Below are positions 48,597-57,387 of a stretch of 64,000 nt of DNA, one piece after another. Numbering within the stretch: position 1 is the stretch's first letter; each line of letters begins with the position of its first letter. The notes under the pieces are model-generated. The model was not told the origin of the DNA. It did no database searches and saw only the letters and a program-made list of their open reading frames with translations. Both the position numbers and the translations under genes were made by a program. Source of the stretch: Candidatus Marinacidobacterium sp. (GTDB lineage Bacteria > Acidobacteriota > Vicinamibacteria > Marinacidobacterales > Marinacidobacteraceae); the NCBI GenBank assembly GCA_965204755.1, contig OZ242011.1:192001-256000 (forward strand), read 5' to 3'.

Positions 48597-49559
48597 GTGA
48601 ACCCGAAGAGCGCCTGGAGGCTGATTCTCGCGCTCCCGGGCGCGGACCGGTTCCTCATCCGGAGATGGGGCCTCGCCTCGCCGTGCCCTTCGGGGGCGGC
48701 GGCTTCGGCGCGATACTGCTACGCCACTTGGCTGACCCATCTCATTCACGCCAACGAATCCCCGCGCCCACCGCCACCAGATCCGGTCGTCGTCGAAATC
48801 GGCCCCGGCAGTTCGCTGGGCGCGGGCTTCGCGGCGCTGCTCTCGGGCGCGTCCCGCTACTACGGTCTCGATGTCGTGGAACACGCGACGAAGGAGAACA
48901 ACCTGCGCGTCTTCGAGGAGTTGGTGCAACTGTTCCATCGCCGAGCGAGCGTTCCGGACGGCGATGAGTTCCCGCGCATGAAAGGACTGCTGCAAACTCA
49001 CGACTTCCCCGGCGGCGCGCTTGGGGTGGATCGCCTGCGAGCCGCGCTCCGCCCCGAGCGCATCGAACGCCTGAGGCATGCCGCCGCCGGCGTCGGGACG
49101 GAAGCGTCCTGCATCGTCCCGTGGACGGCTACCGACCTCCCGGAGGAATCCGTCGATTTCGCCTTCTCTCAATATACGATGGAGCATGTGGACGACTTGC
49201 CCGCGGTTTACAAGGCGGTGAGTCCGTTTCTGAGGGTCGGAGGCATCGTTTCGCACTTGATCGGCTTCGATTCGCATGGAATTACGCCGGAGTGGAACGG
49301 ACATTGGACTTTCGGAGACCTCCGCTGGAAGTTCTCACGAGGCCGACGGCTCTATTGGCTGAACCGCGAGCCCTTGTCCACCCACCTCGCGCTGCTGCGC
49401 GAGAACGGTTTCGAGATCATCCGCCAGGTAAGCGTAGGTAACGATGGACGCGACGGCCCGTCCGTTTCCCGAAGCGCGCTCGCGCGCCGGTTTCGACATA
49501 TCTCGCAGGATGACTTCACTTGCGAGATCGCGCTTGTCCAGGCGGTGAAGGTTCGCTGA
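48597..49559 (+). CDS. Class I SAM-dependent methyltransferase
   Basis: VVEIGPGSSLG motif I, YYGLDVV, SVDFAFSQYTMEHVDD, LRVGG..SHLI. Confidence 0.85.
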   Translation: MNPKSAWRLILALPGADRFLIRRWGLASPCPSGAAASARYCYATWLTHLIHANESPRPPPPDPVVVEIGPGSSLGAGFAALLSGASRYYGLDVVEHATKENNLRVFEELVQLFHRRASVPDGDEFPRMKGLLQTHDFPGGALGVDRLRAALRPERIERLRHAAAGVGTEASCIVPWTATDLPEESVDFAFSQYTMEHVDDLPAVYKAVSPFLRVGGIVSHLIGFDSHGITPEWNGHWTFGDLRWKFSRGRRLYWLNREPLSTHLALLRENGFEIIRQVSVGNDGRDGPSVSRSALARRFRHISQDDFTCEIALVQAVKVR

Positions 49560-49699
49560 ATCCGTGAGTCGGTCATGGGTGGTCTTCTCCGCCAGAGTGA
49601 GCAACTTGGAGCACCGACGCTGAGTATGCTCGCACTTACTTCCCTCGCGGCCCGCCATGTGCGGGGCCAACCCGCCCGGCAAACCCGGGCGAGTGCTCG

Positions 49700-50107
49700 A
49701 TGACCGACATCCTGAGCAACCCGATCACCGTCCCATTCTTGGCCGGCGTCGGCGTCCTTCTCGTGAAGATCGCAATAGACCGGGCACATAACCGGAAGCC
49801 GCCACGAATGGAGTTCAGTCTCGACTGCGGGAAGGAGCGGAAATGGAGAAAACTTCCGGCGTCGGCTGCGATCGAATGGTCGGGTGAGGAGTTGAAGACT
49901 TTCGATCAGCATGACCGGTTCGGCCAACTGATCGTTCCGCAGGCGAACATGCCAAAAGCCATTGCGAGGCATCGTGGAATGTTCCATGTTCGTTTCCTCG
50001 AGAACGGAAATGCCGTGGAAGTGTCCACTGACGGAACTGCCGCCGACGGACGCCGACCATCGGGCGACGGGCTCTATCGGATCGGCGTTACGAGGCGCCT
50101 TGCGTGA
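49700..50107 (+). CDS. Hypothetical protein with N-terminal membrane anchor
   Basis: One TM helix; lower GC; ends 7 nt before the methylase start. Confidence 0.55.
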   Translation: MTDILSNPITVPFLAGVGVLLVKIAIDRAHNRKPPRMEFSLDCGKERKWRKLPASAAIEWSGEELKTFDQHDRFGQLIVPQANMPKAIARHRGMFHVRFLENGNAVEVSTDGTAADGRRPSGDGLYRIGVTRRLA

Positions 50108-50114
50108 TGAGCCC

Positions 50115-52982
50115 ATGAAGACCGTCCGCAAACTCATCGAGGTGGCCCTGCCCCTCGATGCCATCAACAAGGCGGCGGCGCGGGAGAAGTCCATCCGCCA
50201 CGGGCATCCGAGCACGCTGCATCTCTGGTGGGCGCGGCGGCCGCTGGCGGCGGCGCGGGCGGTGCTCTTCGGACAACTCGTGGACGACCCGTCGGCGCGG
50301 CCCAAGTTGTTTCCGACGAAGGCGGAGCAGGACGGGGAGCGCGAGCGGTTGTTCGGGATTCTCCGTGAACTCGTGAAGTGGGAGAACACGACGAACGAAG
50401 CGTTGCTGGATGTGGCGCGGGAGGAGATCCGGGAGAGTTGGCGGAGGACCTGCGCGGACAACGCCGACCATTCGCGGGCGGCGGAACTCTTCGACCCTGA
50501 GCGGTTGCCCGCGTTCCACGACCCGTTCGCCGGGGGCGGGGCGATCCCGCTGGAGGCCCAACGGCTCGGCCTCGAGGCCCACGCGAGCGACCTGAACCCG
50601 GTCGCGGTGCTCATCAACAAGGCGATGATCGAGATTCCGCCGAAGTTCGCCGGGCGGCCGCCGGTGAACCCGGAGTCCCGGAAGGCCGCGCTGACCACGA
50701 AGGATTGGAAGGGTGCGGCAGGGCTCGCCGAGGATGTGCGGTTCTACGGGCAGTGGATGCGCGACGAAGCAGAGCGGCGCATAGGTCATCTCTACCCGAA
50801 GGTGCTGGTCACTGATGAGATGGCGGCGGAGCGCCCCGACCTGGAACCCTATGCGGGCCGGGAGTTGACCGTGATCGCTTGGCTGTGGGCGCGGACCGTC
50901 CGAAGTCCGAACCCGGCGTTCGCCGATGTCGAGGTCCCGCTCGTCTCCAACTTCCTGCTCTCCACGAAGAAGGGCAAGGAGGCGTGGGTCGAGCCGGTGA
51001 TCGAGAGCAAGGACTACCGGTTCGAGGTCCGCGTCGGGCCGCCGCCGGATGTCGAGGCAGCCAAGAAGGGAACCAAGATCGGTCGAGGCAATTTCCGCTG
51101 TCTCCTGTCCGGCAGCCCCGTGCCTTACTCGTACATCGACGACGAAGCCAATGCCGGGCGCATGGGCGTTCGTCTGCTGGCCATCGTGGCGGCGGGGGAT
51201 CGCCGGCGCATTTTTCTCTCGCCCGACTCGGAGCCCGAGACGGTTGCCCACAGCGCGTACCCCTCCTGGAAGCCCGAACTACCCAGTCGCGGCACTTGGG
51301 CGAGCAACGCTCAGGGACGCCGCTACGGCTTCCACACCTTCGGCGACTACTTCACACCCCGACAGTTGACGGCGCTGACGACTTTCGCCGATTTGGTGGG
51401 CCGGGCCCGCGAGAAGGCCCATCGGGACGCGATCGCCGCGGAGCGAAGCGCGGACGGCGCCGATGTGCGCCCACTGCGTGAAGGCGGCTCCGGCCCCGCC
51501 GCCTACGCCGACGCCGTGTCGGTGTACCTCGGGATCGCCTTGAGTCGGCTGACGGATATCTGTAACGCGCTCTGTCGGTGGAAGGAAAGCATGACGCAGG
51601 TCGTGGGCCTGTTCGGCCGACAGGCTATACCGATGGTTTGGGACTTCGCCGAGAACAATGTGTTCGCCGGTGCTGCCGGCGATTACCAGGTCAGCCTCGG
51701 GAACATGTTGAAGGCCGTAGGTCGCCTTCCCGAAGCCTCCGACGGAGTGGCCCGACAACAAGACTCCCGGAATCAGGAGGTGAGCGCGGGCAAGATCGTC
51801 TCTACGGATCCGCCCTACTACGACAACATCGGATACGCCGATCTCTCCGACTTCTTCTATGTCTGGATGCGCCGCTCACTGCAGACAGCGTACCCGGACT
51901 TGTTCGCCACACTGGCGGTTCCGAAGCGCGAAGAACTAGTCGCGACACCATACCGACATGGGAACCGGGCCAGTGGAATGGAGTTCTTTCTCACGGGAAT
52001 GAGTTGCGCCATGCGCCAGTTGGCCGAGCAAGTGCACCCGGACCTTCCGGTGACCATCTACTATGCCTTCAAGCAATCCGAGACCAGTGACGAGGGTGGG
52101 ACGACGAGTACTGGTTGGGAAACGTTTCTCAACGCTCTCATTCGCTCCGGTTTCTCGGTTACCGGCACTTGGCCGATGCGAACTGAGATGGCGACCCGCC
52201 AAGTAGGAAGAGAAACCAACGCACTTGCGTCCAGCATCGTATTGGTCTGCCGACGCCGATCAACACGGGCGTCCGCTGCGCGGCGGCAGTTCGTCGACGC
52301 ACTGACGCGGGAACTGCCACCCGCGATCGTTGCCCTCCAGAGAGCCGGTATTGCCCCTGTGGACATGGCGCAGGCCGCCATCGGACCGGGCATGGCCGCG
52401 TTCACTCGGAGAGCGCCAGTGCTACACGCCGACGGCAGCGCACTCACCGTGAAAGAGGCGCTGGCGCTCATCAACCAGGTGCTCGACGAGACCTTGGCCG
52501 AGCAGGAAGGCGAGTTCGACGCGGACACGCGATGGGCGTTGGCTTGGTTCGACCAGTACCACTTCGACGAGGCCGACTTCGGGATCGCCGAGACGCTGTC
52601 CAAGGCGAAGAACACCAGCGTCGAAGGTGTGGTCGAGGCCGGAATCCTCCGGGCGAGCCGCGGCCGGGTGCGCCTGCTCAAGCCCGAGGAACTGCCCGAC
52701 GACTGGAACCCCGCCACCGACCGGCGGCTGACCGTGTGGGAGATGGTGCATCACTTGATCCGCGTGCTCGACGCCGAGGGAGAGGCGGCCGCCGCGCAAC
52801 TGCTGCGGAGGATCGGCGGACCCGGCGAGACCGCCCGGGCTCTCGCCCACCGGCTCTACGCCATCTGCGACCGCCAGAAGCGACCGGCCGACGCCCTGCG
52901 CTACAACACGCTGGTTCGCTCCTGGCCGGAACTGAAGAGACTGGCCGAACACGACGAGGGGCGGCCGCAACCGCTCCTGTAA
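50115..52982 (+). CDS. DUF1156 domain adenine-specific DNA methyltransferase
   Basis: KLIEVALPL, HGHPSTLHLWWARRPLAAARAV, motif I DPFAGGGAIPLEA, catalytic TDPPYYDNI, ALASSIVLVCR; ATG 50115. Confidence 0.93.
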   Translation: MKTVRKLIEVALPLDAINKAAAREKSIRHGHPSTLHLWWARRPLAAARAVLFGQLVDDPSARPKLFPTKAEQDGERERLFGILRELVKWENTTNEALLDVAREEIRESWRRTCADNADHSRAAELFDPERLPAFHDPFAGGGAIPLEAQRLGLEAHASDLNPVAVLINKAMIEIPPKFAGRPPVNPESRKAALTTKDWKGAAGLAEDVRFYGQWMRDEAERRIGHLYPKVLVTDEMAAERPDLEPYAGRELTVIAWLWARTVRSPNPAFADVEVPLVSNFLLSTKKGKEAWVEPVIESKDYRFEVRVGPPPDVEAAKKGTKIGRGNFRCLLSGSPVPYSYIDDEANAGRMGVRLLAIVAAGDRRRIFLSPDSEPETVAHSAYPSWKPELPSRGTWASNAQGRRYGFHTFGDYFTPRQLTALTTFADLVGRAREKAHRDAIAAERSADGADVRPLREGGSGPAAYADAVSVYLGIALSRLTDICNALCRWKESMTQVVGLFGRQAIPMVWDFAENNVFAGAAGDYQVSLGNMLKAVGRLPEASDGVARQQDSRNQEVSAGKIVSTDPPYYDNIGYADLSDFFYVWMRRSLQTAYPDLFATLAVPKREELVATPYRHGNRASGMEFFLTGMSCAMRQLAEQVHPDLPVTIYYAFKQSETSDEGGTTSTGWETFLNALIRSGFSVTGTWPMRTEMATRQVGRETNALASSIVLVCRRRSTRASAARRQFVDALTRELPPAIVALQRAGIAPVDMAQAAIGPGMAAFTRRAPVLHADGSALTVKEALALINQVLDETLAEQEGEFDADTRWALAWFDQYHFDEADFGIAETLSKAKNTSVEGVVEAGILRASRGRVRLLKPEELPDDWNPATDRRLTVWEMVHHLIRVLDAEGEAAAAQLLRRIGGPGETARALAHRLYAICDRQKRPADALRYNTLVRSWPELKRLAEHDEGRPQPLL

Positions 52983-53056
52983 CACAAACCCGACCCTTCA
53001 GCACCGAAAGCCCCGTGGCGCGCGACACTTGCCGCAGCAGCAATGAAGCCGATCCC

Positions 53057-53539
53057 GTGGCCGACGATCCGATCCCTCGTAGTCCAGCCGGACCGGGAAG
53101 CCCACCCGCCGGGCCGTCTGCCTTTTGGGAGGAGTCGTTCCGCGACTTCGACGAGATCGCCCGCGGACTGCGGGCGCCGATCGTGGGCGAACTGTCGAAC
53201 CATGGCGTCGCCGTCGAGTTTCCCGGCGCGGGCGAAAGCACCCGACTCACCTTCGCGATCGAGGACGACGGCTCGGTCGCCTGCTGCGACCTCTCGAAGG
53301 ACGACGGCGCCGGCGGCGCTTCCCCACGGTCGACGCCTCCCTGTCCGCCGTCCGGCCCTCCTCCTTCCACCGCGCCGAATTCCTCGCCGAGTGACACCAA
53401 CCCCCCGACGCAGTCGGGAGACACGAAACTTTTTCGCACTCCCGCCCGCGCCGGACGGACCGAGCCCGCTCACCCGGCCCGGCGCGACGGATCGAGCCCC
53501 TTTGCGCGGATCGAACTTCGCGGTGGACCGAGCCCCTAA
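53057..53539 (+). CDS. Possible hypothetical protein or fragment
   Basis: N-half (FWEESFRDFDEIARGLRAPIVGELSNHGVAVEF...) looks protein-like; the rest is low complexity. Confidence 0.3.
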   Translation: MADDPIPRSPAGPGSPPAGPSAFWEESFRDFDEIARGLRAPIVGELSNHGVAVEFPGAGESTRLTFAIEDDGSVACCDLSKDDGAGGASPRSTPPCPPSGPPPSTAPNSSPSDTNPPTQSGDTKLFRTPARAGRTEPAHPARRDGSSPFARIELRGGPSP

Positions 53540-53957
53540 AGACACATGCTTGAGACACATGCCGGCGAAAAACACATGGCTACAGACACATGCCCGGCCG
53601 AGGGACACATGCTAAGGACACAGGCTCATCGGCGAAAAACACCGGCTACGGACACATGGCCGCAAAGACACAGGCTCCGCCGTTCCGGGAAGCGAGCCGG
53701 ACGAGCGCTCGACCGGACGGAACGGCGGATCGAGCCCCTTCGGGTCGTCGCCGAACGGATCGAGCCCCATGACGCCCGCCGGAGCGCACTCTCCGGAGCC
53801 GGTCATCGCCGAGGGCGCGGATTTGACAGTAACTCATTGAAAGAAAAGGACTTATGAACCAAAAACACATGGTCTCGACCTAAAGACACAGGCTAGAGAC
53901 ACATGCCGGCGAAAAACACATGCTAAAGACACAGGCTTGCCCGAAAGACACAGGCTC
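53535..53957 (+). repeat. Two clusters (9+6) of direct RACACAKG-type repeats
   Basis: Copies at 53541, 53554, 53571, 53585, 53604, 53617, 53638 (AACACCGG variant), 53651, 53667 and 53864, 53885, 53898, 53915, 53928, 53947. Confidence 0.92.
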
Positions 53958-54301
53958 CACCGGGGGGCGAGCCGGGTGAGCCCCTTTCGTGAGGTTGCCC
54001 CGCTTTCGTGGACGGGTTGCAGTTTGGGGTCCGCGTCTCGTCCGGCGGCTGCCGGAGGAGCGGACACAGTGACGACGGCCGACTTGGAGGACGCCGCCGC
54101 CGACTTCGAGCCGGACCGGAACGACTGCGGGCAGCCGCTCCCCGGGACCGCCGCCCGGACAACCGGACGGCGCAGAGACGGCCGCCGGGCGCCAAGCGCG
54201 GCTCGCGTCCGGCGGCCGCCGGCCCGCGCGTTCGGCGCGACGGGCGCGGGACACGAAGCCGGCCTCGAAGGGCCGTCAGCGGCCCCGCTCCCGGGGTGGG
54301 A

Positions 54302-54904
54302 TCAGCGAAAGAGCGACCCGGCGGCCACGACCGTGAGCGGCACGATCACGGCCCAGAACCACCGCTGCTGCGACCGCCGGAGACTCTCGAACCCCTTGAG
54401 CATCTCCGCCCGAAGCGCGAGGTTTTGCTCCGAGTTCCGGTCGGTCCGGTCCGAGAGTCGCTCGACGAGGTGTTCGAGCCGGTCCGTACGCTTTTCAAGC
54501 GCGTCCACGCGCTTTTCGAGAACGTCCAGACGGCTTTCGAGCGCGTCCAGACGGCTCTCGATCGCGTCCAGACGGCTGTCGACCCGTGCCAGGTGGCTCT
54601 CGATCGCGTCCAGACGACCGTCGATCCGGACCAAGTGGCTGTCGATCCGGACCAAGTGGGACGCGATGGCGTGGAGCGCGGTGACCACTTCCCGGTCGGC
54701 GCCGGGCGCCGCCTCGCCCTCGGGGCGGTCGGGGGCGGGCAGCGACGGGAGCGGGACGGGATTCCCCACCGCGGGCGCGGGGAGGGGCGCGGAGGCGGCT
54801 TCGGGCGGGGGCGCTCCGGCGTGGCGGTCGGTCATGGCGTCGCGATGAGCGTAGTCCGCGGGGAGGCGGACCGCAAGCGCGGCGCTGGCGGGGTGTTCGG
54901 GCAT
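54302..54904 (-). CDS. Heptad-repeat coiled-coil protein with C-terminal membrane anchor (DUF1640/CCDC90-like architecture)
   Basis: AGGAGG RBS 6 nt before ATG 54904; RLDAIES-type 7-aa repeats; WFWAVIVPLTVVAAG TM tail. Confidence 0.8.
   Translation of the reverse strand: MPEHPASAALAVRLPADYAHRDAMTDRHAGAPPPEAASAPLPAPAVGNPVPLPSLPAPDRPEGEAAPGADREVVTALHAIASHLVRIDSHLVRIDGRLDAIESHLARVDSRLDAIESRLDALESRLDVLEKRVDALEKRTDRLEHLVERLSDRTDRNSEQNLALRAEMLKGFESLRRSQQRWFWAVIVPLTVVAAGSLFR
54480..54668 (-). repeat. Imperfect 21-bp tandem repeat (about 9 units)
   Basis: GCGTCCAGACGGCTCTCGATC-like units encoding the heptads. Confidence 0.85.
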
Positions 54905-55224
54905 CGTCGTCCTCCTGACGAGAGGCGGACTCGGCTCGCCGGCGACGCGCCGGCGAACGGAATCCGCGCGATTCACTCGTTTACTGAACGGATGCGCAAC
55001 GATTTCTGCTCGCGAAAGCGCCGATTTCGCCGAAAATGCGGATAAGTCGCAATCCGCGGGGCGGCCGACCGGCCCGGTGGCCGACAGCGGTTCGACCCGC
55101 CGGCCGCGAGGCGGCGCGTTCGAAGCCCGTTTCCGACGAGCGACGGGAACCGCGGCGCAGCGCCGGGGCCCGGTCGCCAGGCGCCGGAGCGGCGCCGGCC
55201 CGGAGACCGGCGCCGTCCCCGGCC

Positions 55225-57387
55225 CTACTGGGAGTCCGTGGCTTCCGCTTCCTCGTCGGGGTCGAGGAGGCGGACGGCCCAGAGGCCGGAGTTGCGGTCG
55301 GAGAAGAAGATGTGGTCCTTGTGGGGTTGGGCGCCCCAGACCTGGGGGGCGTTCGGGAGGAAGCCCTCCGGGTCGAGCGGGAGGAACCGGGCGATCTCCC
55401 GGCCCTGGCGGTAGAGGTTCCCGAGGAGTTCCCCGGAGACATCCACCACGCGCAGGCCGCCGTTGTAGAACGCCACATACATCACATCGTCCTCGATCCA
55501 GATGTTGTGGCTGCCGGCTTCCGGCACCTCGTAGCGGCCGACCAGGCGCGGCGGCTCTTCGAAGTTCTCGTCCCATTCCAGGATGTGGATCCAGCCGCGC
55601 CAGCGGGTGGGCTCGTTCTCGTAGCCCGGCGTGCCGGTTCCGACTTCGGACATCGGGCTGTACCGGCCGGAGCGGGCCGCTTCGTCGCCGGCGAAGATGT
55701 AGAACTTGCCGGTGGAGACGCTGCGGTAGGGATAGACGGCGTGGTTCCAGCCGGTGGGGAACGGGAACTGCCCGACGAGCACCGGCGCCTGCGGCGTGCC
55801 CCCCTTGCCGCCCCCGCCGACATCCACCACCGCGACGCCGTCGCTCCAGTTGGCGGAGTAGGCGATGCCCTCCACCACCCATACATCGTGGATGGACCGC
55901 GCCGGGTTGTCGAGGGCGAAACTGCCGACCCGGTGCGGAACCGTCGGGTCTTCGATGTTGATGATGTCGAACCGGCGCCCGCCGGAGAGCGCGTACACAT
56001 GGCCGTCGTGGATGAAGGTGTTGTGGACGCCGCCGGTCAACCGGTCGTCGTATTCCGCGAGGCGGCGCACGCCGAGCGCGGGGTCGGACACATCGAGGAT
56101 CACCAGGCCGTTCCGCCGGTTCGACGCGCCTTCCCGTGAAATCACCGCCACCGCGCCATCTTCGGAGATCTTCACATCGTTCACCGTCCGCGCGTCCACC
56201 CGCACGATGTCCACGATCTCGAGGCTCTCCGGTTCGGTGACATCCCAGATGTAGGCGTGTCCGGCGGCGCTGTGCGTCCCGGTGATCGCGTAGTCGCGGC
56301 CGTTCGGCGCTTCCCAGACCCACAGATCGGAAGTCGCCCGGTCCTTGACCCGGCCGTGCCCCACGAGTTCGATGCGGCGCCGGGCGCCGCGCTCGCGCAC
56401 TTCGATCACGGAACTCGCCGAGACGCCGCCGGTGCGGGCGACCACGGTATAGATGCCGGGCAGGTCGGCGACGAACCTCCCGTCGGGGGTGATGAGGCCG
56501 GAGGACGGGCCGCCGACTCCCATGCCGTCGGTGACCGCCGAGACGCTGTAACCGACCGGGGCCTCCTCGACCGGCTGCCCCGAAGCGTCCGTCATCGCCG
56601 CCTCGAAACGCACCACCTCTCCGGTGCGGGCGCGGTCGGCGCTTCCGGTGAGCGTGAGTTCCGCCACCGGGTTCGGCAGGACTTCGATCTCCATCCGGGC
56701 CGTCGCGTCGCCGCTGCTCACGACGAGTTCCGCTTCGCCCGGACGGAGCAGCCTCAGCAGCCCGCGGTCCGTCTCCCGGGCCACCGGCGCCGGACGGGCG
56801 GCGGCGGACGCCACCGACTCGTCGGACACCGACCATTCGAGTTCGAGGTCCTCCACCGGTTCGCCGGCCGTGTCGCTCGCTTCGACGCGCACCGCCGACT
56901 CCGTTCCGGCGAAGAACGGCCCGTCGGCGGTAACGGTCAGCGAAGCGACCGGCCGCGGGCGAATGGTCACCGGGATCCGCTGTTCGAGGTATCCCTCGGC
57001 GTCGAGGTTTCGCGCTGAAGGATCGGGGCCGGTCCCCACGACCCGCACCATGACCGCGAACTCCCCGGCGCGCCGGGTCGAGACCTCGCCCTCGCGGGAG
57101 ACCTTGAAGATGTTGAAGCCCCAGGTGCGGCGCTCCAGGTTCCAGTACTGCCCGTAGAGCGGCAGGTACAGGACTTCCGCGTCCACTTCGGCGCCGTCCT
57201 CGTCGAGGACGGTCGCCTCGATCTGCGCGGTTTCGCCCACGGTGATCTCGATCTCTTCGGGAGAGACGCGCAGCGAGGCCGGCGTCCGCTCCTCCTCCGG
57301 CGCCTGGGCGAACGCGGAAGCAGCGGCGAAGAGACTCGCCGCAAAGAAGGCCGCAAACGCGGCGGAACGATGGCGAAGTCCGGTCAC
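55225..57387 (-). CDS. Secreted Ig-like plus LVIVD-repeat protein
   Basis: Signal peptide ending AFA-Q, Big_2-like domains, SDLWVW, VNDVK, GLVILDVSDP, GGVHN, IHDVWV, GSHNIW, YNGGLRVVDVS. Confidence 0.85.
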   Translation of the reverse strand: MTGLRHRSAAFAAFFAASLFAAASAFAQAPEEERTPASLRVSPEEIEITVGETAQIEATVLDEDGAEVDAEVLYLPLYGQYWNLERRTWGFNIFKVSREGEVSTRRAGEFAVMVRVVGTGPDPSARNLDAEGYLEQRIPVTIRPRPVASLTVTADGPFFAGTESAVRVEASDTAGEPVEDLELEWSVSDESVASAAARPAPVARETDRGLLRLLRPGEAELVVSSGDATARMEIEVLPNPVAELTLTGSADRARTGEVVRFEAAMTDASGQPVEEAPVGYSVSAVTDGMGVGGPSSGLITPDGRFVADLPGIYTVVARTGGVSASSVIEVRERGARRRIELVGHGRVKDRATSDLWVWEAPNGRDYAITGTHSAAGHAYIWDVTEPESLEIVDIVRVDARTVNDVKISEDGAVAVISREGASNRRNGLVILDVSDPALGVRRLAEYDDRLTGGVHNTFIHDGHVYALSGGRRFDIINIEDPTVPHRVGSFALDNPARSIHDVWVVEGIAYSANWSDGVAVVDVGGGGKGGTPQAPVLVGQFPFPTGWNHAVYPYRSVSTGKFYIFAGDEAARSGRYSPMSEVGTGTPGYENEPTRWRGWIHILEWDENFEEPPRLVGRYEVPEAGSHNIWIEDDVMYVAFYNGGLRVVDVSGELLGNLYRQGREIARFLPLDPEGFLPNAPQVWGAQPHKDHIFFSDRNSGLWAVRLLDPDEEAEATDSQ

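Noticed and set aside
48082-48600. 172-aa ORF starting MALPLDD
   Set aside because: Chimeric read-through of the methylase fragment into out-of-frame IS remnant sequence.
53546-53857. Short ORFs across the repeat array (103, 60, 64, 74 aa)
   Set aside because: Atypical codon use; repeat spacing is not a multiple of 3, so no frame preserves a peptide repeat.
53823-53860. Canonical sigma70 promoter at TTGACA
   Set aside because: No acceptable -10 hexamer at 16-18 nt spacing.
53535-53957. CRISPR array interpretation of the repeats
   Set aside because: Repeat core is only about 8-13 nt, intervals are 5-13 nt and partly repeated, and no cas genes are present.
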